This document shows positions 38,079 to 50,199 of a stretch of DNA of 64,000 nucleotides, piece after piece. Position numbers and translations under genes: made by a program. Each line of letters opens with the position of its first letter. Position 1 is the first letter of the stretch. Origin of the DNA: Callorhinchus milii (lineage: Eukaryota); NCBI RefSeq assembly GCF_018977255.1, contig NW_024704743.1, positions 40,302,001 through 40,366,000 of the forward strand, read 5' to 3'. The notes beneath the pieces are model-generated. The model was not told the DNA's origin and ran no database searches. It saw nothing but the letters and a program-made list of their open reading frames with translations.

Positions 38079-38642
38079 GGCCTTGCTTTTTGGAAGTTGT
38101 TTTTTCCTTCAAGGAATAGGTTAAAACAACAGACATTGGTGTAAGTGACAATGATGGATTAGAAGGGCCAAATGCAAGTGTGCAAACTGCTTCCCAAGCT
38201 GGTAATCTACACTGTGATAGCTGCTTTCAAAACCCCAGAGGAAGATATGATGAATGTACAGGTTTCTGAATTGCACTTACATTCGACAGCCGAGAGATCA
38301 ATTTTTATCTGAACGCTTTGGCCTTATCCTGGATAACATTGGAAATGACAGAATCCAGGATATGAGTTTTATATACCTTATATAGAGCAGGATTGAACAC
38401 CTCCCTCCCCATTCGCTAAGTTTAAAAATCTAAGATGATTTTGAATCAGAATCAGACATTCAGCTTTGCAAGGGTTGGAAAGAGAAACCATTCACCAGAA
38501 GTCAAGAGTAGCATGTGATTTTAAAAAACCTGACATTCCAAACATGATACAATATACCACATTTTCTACCTTTGTGATAATTAGCACATCACATATCACA
38601 TATTTTCTCCCAATGTCTCTATAGTCTGTGACACATACAGAA

Positions 38643-39170
38643 ATAATGATCATAACAATAATGCTTGCATTTGATATATGCCTTATCACATCTTCGAGAC
38701 TTCTCAAAGCACTTCACAGAATATGTAAAGTGAATTGACTTCACTTCACAGAATATGTACAACAACAACAACTTGGATTTATATAGCGCCTTCCACACCA
38801 GGCGGCGTTTCAGGGTGCTTCACAGTAACATATCCCGGGGCTGAGCCAGGGGGAGGGTAGGAAGATGACCAAAGGCGCAGTCGAAAAGAAAGGTCTTCAG
38901 CCGGGATCTGAAGATAGGATGAGAGGGGGCGAGGCGAAGGGAGTGAGGAAGGGAGTTTCAGAGCCTTGGGGTGTAGTGACTGAAGGCAACAGCCACCGAT
39001 GGTGAAGCAGAGGATTCGGGGAACAAGGAGGAGGCCAGACCCATTGGAACGAAGGTAACGGGTACTGTAAAGTGAATTGACTGTATATTTTTTGGGCAAA
39101 ATGCGGCAGCCAGTTATGCACAGCAGTGTCTCACAAACAGTCGTGGATTGAGAGACTATTTTTTTGAAGG
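38643..39170 (-). mobile_element. SINE 3' module interrupted by an L2
   Basis: Module resumes at ~39062 after the insert. Confidence 0.8.
38760..39061 (-). mobile_element. L2 3' end, separate family
   Basis: YLRSNGSGLLLVPR..TIGG; (TTG)n tail; candidate TSD gtac. Confidence 0.88.
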
Positions 39171-40264
39171 AATTCTTGGCTTGCTAGAAGCACAGAGAAC
39201 CAGATAAGTTCCCACCACCCATTATCTTAATCTATCTCCATGCTTAAGAATCTCCAATATAAAATACTGAAAGGTCCACATGTTATGCCTCCCTTGAGAT
39301 CGGGTACGGAATGTGTAACTTGATCTCTTTTACCTGACTTTGAATAAGGACTTGTTTCCCAAAACAATGAAAGTAAATATGGATGGAGAAGAACACTATT
39401 CTGCAATTCATAGTCAAAAGATTATTATCTTTGTATGTTTGAAGGAAACATATAGGGAGAAATTTCACATCGGCCTCTCCAACACTTGAAGAATTGAATC
39501 AGCCCTAACTTGGATTCTTAGTGACTTGGGGAAGGGAGGTATATGTTGAATTCTAGCCAATATAAGGTTTTTATAACTCTTGTCCTGGATTCTGTCTGGG
39601 TATACTCTTCATGCAACATTTCGGATCATCCAAAATTTGCCAACATCTTTAAAACAGTTTTCATTTAAAATTAATAAAATTCTGTAAGTTTTTTTTCCCT
39701 AAGAACTGCAGAAAACAGTTAGGATTCAACTCAGCATATTGCCAACACTCTGGACACCCTGCAATTTTACACACAGTAAATCTAAATCCAGTAAATTCTC
39801 CCCATCTATAGAGTGAAAAAAATGGGACATATTTATCATCAGATTAACTCAATCAGTATTCCATGCAGCGGGAATTAAAGTTACTAATCATGGGCATCAA
39901 AAATGATTAGCAAGACACTATATTTCACAATAAATCCTGTTAATGCTTTGAGGCATTCTCCCAATGTGAAAACAGTAATGTCTAATGCAAAGATTATTAT
40001 CATTATAAATTATACATGGTGATGTTTGAGAGGCCAACAAACCGGAGCAAGCCATTGTGACAAAACTAGGGAAAGTTCAAGAGGAGAATCTTACTTCATG
40101 AACAGGATCACTAGAAGTCACTTTGTTTAAAAAGTGACAATGGTATTGTTTCCTGTGCCTAGCATGTATTTGAATTCAATTAATTTTGTCGACTTGTCAG
40201 TGTCAGAAGCCAGGCACGCCACGTTTCTGGTATACATGAATTCACAGCACAGCGAGGAACTGCT

Positions 40265-40470
40265 TCACGCAGGGAATGATGAGAATGTGGAACTCACTGC
40301 TGGAAACTGAAGCAAAAAAAAGCAAAAAAGCATCAATGTAGTGTAGGAAATGTAGGAAATGCAGTACATATTTGAGGGAGAAGAAAATAGAGGGATAAAG
40401 GCGAGGAATTAGGAGGAGTGGAGGTGCAAGAGGAATATAATCAATGCTATAGACTAGTTGGGCAAATGGT
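40265..40470 (+). mobile_element. Old CR1 3' end
   Basis: ttcacgcagggaatgatgagaatgtggaactcactgc (FTQ..MRMWNSL). Confidence 0.55.
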
Positions 40471-40489
40471 TGTCATATTCCATATAATC

Positions 40490-40780
40490 AGCTCCTCTCC
40501 CACCACCTTTTGGAACTCCATCCCATGTTCCCTTTGCCGCACTCCCTTCCTTGCCTCCTTCAACGCACATCTCAAGACCCTCCTTTTTGACCATGGCTTC
40601 GGCCACCCTCCTACCCTCCCTGCCCTCCACCCTCTCTTATCCCAACCCTACTCCCACTCGGGTCCAAATCCCTGACTGTTTAGAACCTTGGGATGTCCTC
40701 CAGACGTGAAAGGCACTAAACAAATGTAATTTTGTATTGTATTTACATCTAAATGTATTAAATGTAATTTTGTTGTTGTA
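40490..40780 (+). mobile_element. L2 3' end
   Basis: FWNSIP...LASF..HLKTLLFD; stem-loop and TTG tail. Confidence 0.85.
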
Positions 40781-41449
40781 CATCTAAAAAAAATTTAATG
40801 TCCGCCTGAAGAACAGGCAGGCATAATGTTTAATATTTCATCCAATATTTCTATATATCTACATTATGTGTATGTGTCTCTCTGGCCTTGAGATTTGATT
40901 TTCATTTCTATCTTCTTGCATGCTTTGTTGTAAGTTTGTGATTTATGTACTTCCAGTATAATAGACAAGACAAACATTCATAAACCTGCACAAATAAGAT
41001 TTTAAGTTTGTGTCTTAAAGGAAAGGTTTGACAGTCATATAATATCTTGCAACATTAACCAAAGCCGCACCTCTGAATTGAGAGAGGCTGAGAATATGTG
41101 AAAATATAAGGGCATGTATTGGATGGTACAGTTATTGGCTGAGTTATGTGTAAATGAGTTTTTAATAAAGAAAGATGCATGAGATTACTTAGGTATGCTG
41201 TTTTGAAACAAGTTAAGTGTAAAATTCTGGTCAAATGCGAGATCTGAAAGTATACAACGTTTGGTTTAGATTGCTGGGATTGAATACATAATTGTGTGTT
41301 TGCTCTTTAATTATATAAATATGGCATTTGCATATTTCCAAATAACAAACTTCAACCTGAAAGAAACGTGACTTTTCGTAGCATTTTTAATACTATTTCT
41401 TTATTGTCTGGGCCTGGTTTGTTTATCATATGAGTTAATAACCTCATTA

Positions 41450-42115
41450 ACTGGTCACCTTGAGACATTTAATGCTTCGCATTGCTTTCTCTTGATTGGG
41501 TATTTTAATATTCAAACCTTGGGCAGCGGAAGGCTGTACATTGGAAATAGTGACTTTTACTGCATTCACTAATTGGGCGGATTTATATCCCAGTTTCTTT
41601 CTTAATGGCTGTGATAACCAACAGGGCAAAAATGTCATTCTTATCTTTTTAACATAACTTTCATCCTTCAAGTAGTAACCAATAATGTGAATTGAATATA
41701 ATGAGAGTATCAATATTTCACCTGTTTGCTGTCTCCCTGTTATTTTACTGGAAGATGATTTCAGTGAGACACCTTGGTTCTTTTGCGATACTCATCCCTA
41801 GAGCCCTCTTTGCACTACTAATATTCCTTTTAACCTACTTAAGCAAATTCTTATTCTCCTTCCGGGGTATTCTTGCTTCTTCCCCGTGAGCTTTGTATAA
41901 TCTGCTTTTCTAATTATTCCCATTTTAATTGACCTGTTTATCATTTTCAAAAATGTTTATGTAGCTTATGATTATTTTTCTGGAGTATATTCTCATAGTC
42001 CACAATCAATCATTCATTCCAATATGTTCCATTTTTACTTATCATTCATTTTCCAGTTAATTTATTTTAATCTTACCCTCATTCCTTTGAAATTTGCCTT
42101 CTTATATCATATTCA
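41450..42115 (-). mobile_element. Ancient CR1 ORF2 fragment (region between EN and RT)
   Basis: Minus strand reads KANFKGMRVRL..INWK and EYTP, resembling the CR1 motif KADF..MR..L...W. Confidence 0.5.
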
Positions 42116-42149
42116 TTACTGGAAGGGAGAATATATGTGTTTACAATGC

Positions 42150-42460
42150 TGATAATTCAATTCTCAGCAGGGCAAAATGTTGGGCAAGTTCCTTACTCTG
42201 TTTATCTAACAGTAAATAGGAATCTGGTTGTTAGTGAATTGGCGGATCACTTTTTCGGTGGTAATAATTCCTTCCAAAAAATATAAATAAAGTGGTCACT
42301 TCAATCACGACTGTTTGTGGGACACTGCTGTGTGCATTTGGCTGCCACATTTCCCCCCCAAAATATACAGTTAATTCACTTTACAGTATATGGTTTGAGA
42401 CATCCAGAAGATGTGATGAGGCCCTATATCAAATGCAAGGATTATTGTTATCATTATTAT
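42150..42460 (+). mobile_element. SINE, long form, 5'-truncated
   Basis: cagggcaaaa..gggcaagtt, central block, 3' module. Confidence 0.8.
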
Positions 42461-42849
42461 AATGTTGAAATGTTGCAATTACCACTGTCAACTGTAGTGA
42501 CTATTTTTTCCATGTCATCACGGCGCCCATTGTGCATAGAGCAGAGTCCCACAGACAAACATGAAGTAAATTGTCAATTAATTTGAAAGATTGTTTTGCT
42601 CTTTTTTATTATGTCATTGTGAACCTTTGAAGAACAAGTGGGTGGGAATTTTCTCCAATGTTATATCCAAATGGTGGCACATCTGACCATGCATTGCTCC
42701 TCAGCATGGTACCGCCTGATTGTGAAGTCAAGTTCCAATGTATGTCTTGAACCTGGAACCTATTTTCTCAGAGACAATAACAAGAACTTGCATTTATATG
42801 GTGCGCTTTGGAAAGAATAGTGTCTCGGAGCAAAGACAGAAATTTTTAC

Positions 42850-43800
42850 ACCTGTTGTTGAGAGAATGCAGGAAGACATAAACAAGTTAGCAGAATGGAT
42901 AAACATATGGCAAATTAACTTTAATGTAGGAAACCTGTAGCTCAGTGGTTAGAGCACTCGCTTTGCAAGCGAGAGACCTGAGTTCAATTCCAGGCAGGGC
43001 GAAACCTTGGGCAAGTTTCCTTACTCCACACGCCTAATAATAATCCCTCCAAAACCCAAAACAATAATAAATTGGTCATTTTCAATCCATGACTGTTTGT
43101 GGGACATTGCTGTGCGCAATTGGCTGCTGCGTTCGCCCACAAATATACAATCAATTCACTTTACAGTATATGCTGTGAAGTGCTTTGGGACGTCCTCCCG
43201 ACGTGAAAAGCGCTATATCAAATGCAAGGATTATTATTATTATTCAAATGTGAAGTAATTCACTTCAGTACAAAAGAAGCCATCTATAGATGGTGTAGGG
43301 AATACTATAAAATGACCAATGAGGTCTTGGACTTTATATTGAAGGATGGTGTTAAAATTGTACAAAACCCTGGTCAGCCTACATTTGGAATATTGTATCC
43401 AATTGTGGTCTCCAAACTAAAAGAAGGATATAGAAGTGATGGAAACAGTACAAAGTGTTTACAAGGATAATACCAGGGCTGGCATATTGCTGCTATCAGA
43501 ATACACTGGGTTCGGCTTTTTTTTGCTAGGAAGTGACGTTTAAGAGGGGGAACCTCATAGAAGTGTTTAAAATTATAAAGGAGTTTGATCAGGTTAAGAT
43601 AAATGGGCTGTTTCTGCTGGTTGGAGACTCTAACTTAGGACACACATGTGAGATAGCAAGTCGGTGAATAAAAGAGAATTTAGGAATCACTTCATACAGA
43701 GAGTAGTGAGACTGTGGAACTCACTGCTTGAAGTAGTGGTTGAATCAGATAGTAGAGGTGCATTCAAGAGGAGGTTAGCCCTTCACATGAGGAAGAGGGG
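42850..43800 (+). mobile_element. Degraded CR1 with a SINE insertion
   Basis: MQEDINKLAEWINIWQINFNVG|KCEVIHF; QRVVRLWNSL. Confidence 0.85.
42934..43243 (+). mobile_element. Young tRNA-Ala-derived SINE, CTCCC-loop subfamily
   Basis: tagctcagtggttagagc A box; ctcgc-tttgcaa-gcgag anticodon arm (TGC); gttcaattcc B box. Confidence 0.95.
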
Positions 43801-45983
43801 AAATTGTTGGCCAGGACACAATTTTAAGACGAAGTCTTATATAAATTCTTGTGTTCGCTGAAAGTTGGCAATGACAGAATGAAATACTTTGCTCTTTCTT
43901 TTGATTTACACATGCAGCAAGGGAGTGAATCAACAAAGTCTTTTTTATGAAAGAATAAATATGAGCTAAGTGCAATTGGAGAGTTGAAAGGACCGTTGCA
44001 CCACTTAAACTTTGATTAAAGAGCAATATACAAATTCATCTAAGCATTCAATTTGAGTAAAATCACTTTACTCAAAATTCTCATGAAAAATCATAGTTAG
44101 CATGGCAACGACCTTGCTGCCATAGTGTCTCCTAATTATTCACATTATGTGCATGTTTGAAACGTGGGTTAAAATTCTACTGTAATCACAGATGAACAAA
44201 GTTTGCAACAATTTGTGATTTTAGAAAATCACAAACCTCTTTAGAAATTTCTCTGATTTGAGCAAAATGTGTGCAGCATAATGGTGAAAATGTACTCTAT
44301 ACAGTGTACTCTATTTAATGGGAAGCTCTTCAATTAGAATTGCCAGCTTAATTAATGACACAGCCTACATTTGAGGAAATTTTTTGCATCTGCTATTTTC
44401 TTAATAGAGGTTCCTTGAAAGTAATAAGCACTTTTCTGGCAATCTCAAAAATCCATTCCAAGTAGTAATTGTTCACCGCATTCACTTTTATCATTGGCCA
44501 CTTTGAGAAAATGAACTGGAATTGCAATGTCTGGATCTGGAGAAACATATACAAGCAGTGATTCTAAACAAAATGACCTCAGTGACATTTCCTTTGCTCA
44601 CTCCACAAAGGCCGGGAAAACTCTGTGCATTTAACAATAACACCCGACACTATCAAATGCCAAGGGTCACATGCAAAATGGTTAAATGATTGTGTCTGTT
44701 GAACAGTATTAAGAGCACCTGTAATGTAAGTATGATTTCCTGCAATAATTATTATGTGGAGGTTGCAAATCATGTGACTGAAAAAGGAGATTAAGGATCA
44801 AGGAATTGAAGGATTTAACTAGATCAATAATCTACTTCTGATAAAAACTGTTATAATGAGAATGGAAATTATGAGTCTGATGTGTTAATAAATATGGTCC
44901 AGGCTAGATGGTAATTATTGTTTAAAGCCTGATTTGACCATGCTTTTTTCCAACATGGTTTTGGTCAGCTCCCCACCACCTCCCACCGACGAGCACTTTC
45001 CTCAATTGCAACCACTCCTGGCTTGGGCTCTGTGAAGCCACTTGTGACATCTACCTGACATGAAAGCTGCTACATAAATCTAAAATTGTTATTGTTGTGG
45101 TCCACCATATCCAACCTCCATACAAAGTTTGGACTCAAAGGCATGCCCACAACATCCATTGCTATGATCAGCTGTGGAGCATGATATTTGATGGCCTGTT
45201 TGCTTACAAAACATACGGTCACTGCAGTTTGCAGTAAAATCATGTCAAGCACTTTGAGACATCCTCTTGACGTGAAATATGGTATATCAAATGCAAGGAT
45301 TATTGTTATTTTATACACACGCTGCCTTAAACTAATTATTTTGAGCCATCCCGGTTGTATTGATCAACGATGCGTTAATTATCACTGATGGTAACAATCA
45401 CACCACAGCTTGCAATTTTTACCCATGCATTACCAATATTAATGCACAGGGACTCTGGGATGATTCTCTTATTGTTGTTAAATTTACTCACCCTAGCTGT
45501 GCGTGCCCTTAATAGGATTTTTAAAATAATAAGATCACATAATAAGATCAAGCCAATAAATTTGTCAGCAATAAGAGACTCAATCTCTGCCGGTAATGCA
45601 CATGATTTATTCCAATCCTTATTCAGTGTTAAGCTGTTGAATTCTTGAATGCTACAGCACCCTCCATAGATTTCATCCTTCTGCATTATTTCTCACCAAA
45701 ATGTTGCTTTTATCTCAGCTTGCTAATACCCTCAACATCATCCTGCAAATGAATGCACCAGTGATCCTTGGGAGGATGAACATTGAACTGCATTCCAAAC
45801 TTGCAGTGATCTGACATGGCACAATTTGGACTAGTTTATGGCGCACTTCATTTGGTCACGTATATATATATTTAGCTTGACTTATTATTCTAAAATGTGT
45901 CAGTGAATCAGTAATCTCACTTGGAGACACTGCAGGACAGCTGATGCGAGAAAAAGAAAAGTCACTCTGGTTCAGTTATTCAA

Positions 45984-46325
45984 GTCCCGTAGCGCATTGG
46001 TTAGAGCACTTGCCTCACAAGTGAGAGGACCCAGCTTTGATTCCCGGGTAGGACAAAACCTTTGACAAGTTTCCTTACTCCACGCGTCTCTGTTTACCTA
46101 GCAGTAAGTAGAAACCCGGTTGTTAGTTGGTTGGCGAATTGTTTTCCGGGGGTAACAATCCCTTTTAAAAAAAATAATAGTTTGGCCACTCAATCCACAA
46201 CTGTTTGTGGGACACTGCTGTGCCCTGTTGTGTTTTCGCATTTTGCCCATAAAACATACAGTCAATTCAGTTTACTTTGAGACTTCTCAACAACGCGATA
46301 AGGCACAATATCAAATGCAAGGAAT
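45984..46325 (+). mobile_element. tRNA-derived SINE, long form
   Basis: Head, central ctctgtttacctagcagtaagtagaaacccgg block, tail. Confidence 0.88.
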
Positions 46326-46912
46326 ATAAAAAAATCTAATTAGGATTATCAAACGTAAGGATTATTAATTGTTGGTGTTCTTCTGAATTTGGAATTTGGC
46401 ACAATATTAGGACAGAAAAGAAGAAGCTTTACTTTGCATCTAAGTAGGCTAAGGAGTGCTTGATGATGGCAATGAATTCCTAAAAAGGGGAAGTGCTGTC
46501 TCTAAACTCTACGCTAACATTCCCTCCTCTTGATTAACATAAAACTTAATAACACAAAATATTTAACGCTAACAGTTAAGATCAACGAGAGGGTTGAATA
46601 ATTGTGAAACTGACAAATTCTCTTTGATTTCTACTTTAAAATAATTTATTTATGTTGGTCCAGAGAAAGTCAGAGTAAGTAGAAATATGACTTTCTGGTT
46701 AAATAGTGGCTTTTCTGTCCCAAAGCAAACGATACTGGATGGGCACCCGAGCTAGGGGTGAACCTGCTGTCTACTCATTAAAGCAAGTAACTGTATGATG
46801 GGAATTTGTCTATCCAGTCAGAAAAAGGGTGAAATGACCTATTGGCAATGATGAATATAGGACAAAGAATATTGGACCTTCAAAAGCTTTTTAAAAAAAC
46901 TCTTGGTTTGAA

Positions 46913-47125
46913 CCTTTTTTTTTGTTAGCCAGGTGTCTGGCACATGTGGAACCTCATTCTATGCTTAAGAGTATGCAAACCAAGCTGAGATTTCTATGTA
47001 TCCCACCCACATGTAGAAATCCCAGCGATAGATTGTTGGAATGGAATGCACACTTTTTCCCTGGAGGGATACATACTGCTTACCTAATTACGGAAAATAT
47101 TAGGCACAGGTTGGCAAGAGCCAAG
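46913..47125 (-). repeat. Second, shorter copy of the unclassified A-tract repeat
   Basis: Shares gatagattgttggaatggaatgc and caggttggcaaga with the reverse complement of 30375-30580. Confidence 0.7.
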
Positions 47126-47886
47126 GCTTGGGGATTCCTGTGTGCAATTGGCTGCCACATTTTGCCCACAAAATATACAATCCATTCAGTGTACAGTATA
47201 TTCTGTGAAGCGCTTTGAGACGTCTCAAAGATGGGATAAGGCACTGTATCAAATGCAAGGATTATTAAGGATTATATTACTTCAAAATGTAATATTAGGG
47301 ACATGTACTTATTTGTATTTTAAGCTCTCCGGTATACTACAAATAAATCACAAGCTCTTCTTTATGAGAAGCTAAAGCTAATTGATTTGTGTTCCAAAAT
47401 ACATATGTATCGGATTTATTGCTCACAGAATAGATATGCTTTCTGCTGCAGATTTCTGCTTATCATTTCAAGAGTCGCTGATCTTCCAAACCCCAAACAC
47501 ACTATTTTAGTATCCATTGAATTAAGGACTCTGAGAAGGACTCTGCGATATTTTTCTGACTCACTTCTTGTCTGTGGTGTCTCATGTAGTGGAGAGGTAG
47601 GTGGAATAGAATAGGAAAAGAAAGAAAGTGCTATAGATATTCAGCTTTAAGAAATTAACTCAATTATTTCACCAGTTACCCAAAATCATTAATGCAGTCT
47701 GCAGAGCCTTAAATTGCTATTAATGGGCGGAGGGAGAAGAAAATAAAGTAAGTGAAATTAGACATTTGTTTTCGGTTACTCGGCAAGAGAAACAGATCTG
47801 ATGAATTGTATTCAAAGTTACATTCAATGTTTTAACTAAAATAACATTTATTAAGGTTGTTATTTTATATTGGTTGTAATATTATT

Positions 47887-48210
47887 GTGGAGTCCTGTAG
47901 CTCAGTGGTTAGAGCACTCGCCTCTCAAGCAAGAGACCTAGGTTCGATTCCTGGCAGGGCAAAACCCTTTGCAAGTTTCCTTACTCCACACGCCTAATAA
48001 TAATCCCTCAAGAAAAACAAACAATAATAAATTGGTCACTTCAATCCACGACAGTTTGTGGGACACTGCTGAGCGCAATTTGGCTGCCGCATTTTGCCCA
48101 CAAATATACAGTCAATTTACTTTACAGTATCTTCTGTGAAGCACTTTGAGATGTCTAGAAGACGTGATAAGGTACTATATCAAATACAAGGATTATTATT
48201 ATTATTATTA
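47887..48210 (+). mobile_element. tRNA-derived SINE, short form, TAGAA loop, full length
   Basis: gtggagtcctgtagctcagtggttagagc...ggttcgattcc...(TTA)n. Confidence 0.95.
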
Positions 48211-48299
48211 ATATCTACATTAGTAGTAATTCCAGTACTTTGGGCTGTTGATAGCTTGAAGTCTTTATTTGGCTGAGTAAGACATCTACATGTCAACCT

Positions 48300-48622
48300 G
48301 GCACATTTAGTAGCACTCCAGTTTGTGAGTCAGAAGTTTGTGGGTTCAACTCCCACCTTGGGACTTTTAACTCACTTAGTCTAGGTTGACACTCCAATTC
48401 AACGCTATGGTTGTGCTGCATTGTTGGAGGTGCCGTCTATTGGAAGACATATTAAATTGAGGTTCCGTGTTTCTGTTAAGGTTGACATTAAAAATCCCAT
48501 GGCATTATTTGATAAGAGAAGGGGTATCCTGGTTAACAGTGCCCCAAATAAAAATTGGTCATTCAATGAATGTTTGTGGGACATTACTGTGTACAAATTC
48601 GCTGCTGCATTTGCCTACAAAA
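48300..48622 (+). mobile_element. DeuSINE-like SINE
   Basis: tRNA-like head; ggaggtgccgtc...aatcccatggca Deu-like body. Confidence 0.75.
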
Positions 48623-48624
48623 TA

Positions 48625-49955
48625 TTTTTTGAAGAGGTTACTAAAGTGATGGAAATGGGAGGGTCAATGGATGTTATTTACATGGATTTTCAGAAGGCAT
48701 TTATTTAATAAAGTTCTACATAAGAGGCTGTTGGCTAAAATGAAGACACATGAGATCGGAGGCAATCTGTTGGCAAATTATAATATAATACTAATCCTCG
48801 CATCTGATTTTTTTGATATTTGCATTATCATATCTTCGAGATGTGTGGAGTAAGGAAACTTGCCCAATGTTTCGCTCTGCTGGGAATCAAACACAGGTCC
48901 TCTCGTTTGCAAGACGAGTGCTCTAACCATTAAACTATAGGATTGCACAAATTAGTTGGGGTACAGGACACAGAGAGTTGGGTTGAAGGGGGTGTTTTCT
49001 GACTGGCAAACAATATTGAGTGTTGTTCCTCAGGGATCTATGTTGGGGCCACAGCTTTTTGCTAAATATACTGATGAAGGATAAACTTCTATCTGTTTGC
49101 GGATGATACTAAGTTTGAACGTGTGTTAAGTTGTGAGGATAGCAGTAGAAAATTGTAGAGGGACAGAGATAGATTTAAAAATGGGCAGATCTATGCCAAA
49201 TGTTGCAAAATGAGAGGTGGTTCATTCTGAACCTAAGAATGTTGAGGTGGAGGCACATCCTAGATGTAGAAACTCTTAACAAGATAAATGAGCAAAGGGA
49301 ACTAGGTGCTCAGTTTCATAAAACTTTAAAAAGTAGTACAAAGGTGCAGAAGGTTATCAGAAAGCCTAATGCCATGTTTGGATTTATCACAAGGGGGCTG
49401 AAATATAAGAGTCAGGAAGTGATGTTAAAGTTGTATAATATGCTGATCAGACCCCATTAGGAGTATTATGTGCAGTTTAGGAAACCATATCTTAGGAAGG
49501 ATATATTGGCCTTAGAGGGTGTACAGCGGAGATTTACTAGAATGATTGTTGGTGTCAAGCGCCTAAATTATTAATGAAAGGATGAAAAAACTTGGTTTGT
49601 ATTCTCTGGATTTCAGGAGGAGTGACCTGATTGGGGTATATAAAATTATGAAATAATTTGACAGGCTGAATAGTGAGCAACTGTTTCCTCTGGCAAGAAA
49701 AATGTGGAGTCCCATAGCGTAGCCGTTAGCACGCTCACCTCACAAGTGAGAGGTCCGATTTTGAATCTCGGGAGGGGCAGAGTCAGATGAAGAATTTATA
49801 TAGCAAATAGATATATCCTCGATAGACAGGGGTATCAGGGGATATGCAGAGAAGAGGGCGGGCAGTTGGAATTGAGTTACCAATCGGGCACAATCTTTGA
49901 AAGTGGTGGGACAGGCTCGATGGGCTGAATGGCCTTCTCCTATTCCTACCTTCCT
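48625..49955 (+). mobile_element. Degraded CR1 with a SINE (48785-48948, -) and a SINE head (49704-49778, +) inserted
   Basis: FFEEVTK..DVIYMDFQKAF, PQGSMLGP, FADDTK, EQRELG, LYNMLIRPH; 3' UTR gggctgaatggcct. Confidence 0.9.
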
Positions 49956-50199
49956 ACACTCAGTCACTGCAGTTTAAGAAAATGCTATGAAATGCTTTTA
50001 GAAGTCCTCATAATGCAAAAAGACACTAAACAAATGTAAGCATTATTATTATCTGAACCATTCATGGTGACAGCACAAACGGTGGCAGAGATTTAGAATG
50101 TCAGAGATTTAACTGGTCAGTTATCACCGGTGTTATAGAATAAAAGAGTATAAGCATTAAAGGCACTTAGTACTAAATTTCTAAGATTCTGATACCTTT

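Noticed and set aside
42934..43005. tRNA-Ala(TGC) gene
   Set aside because: A/B boxes and anticodon arm are present, but there is no proper acceptor stem or terminator and the sequence runs into a multi-copy SINE body; it is a SINE head (same for all copies)
44096..44109. RFX X-box-like gttagcatggcaac
   Set aside because: One half-site is mismatched and there is no promoter context
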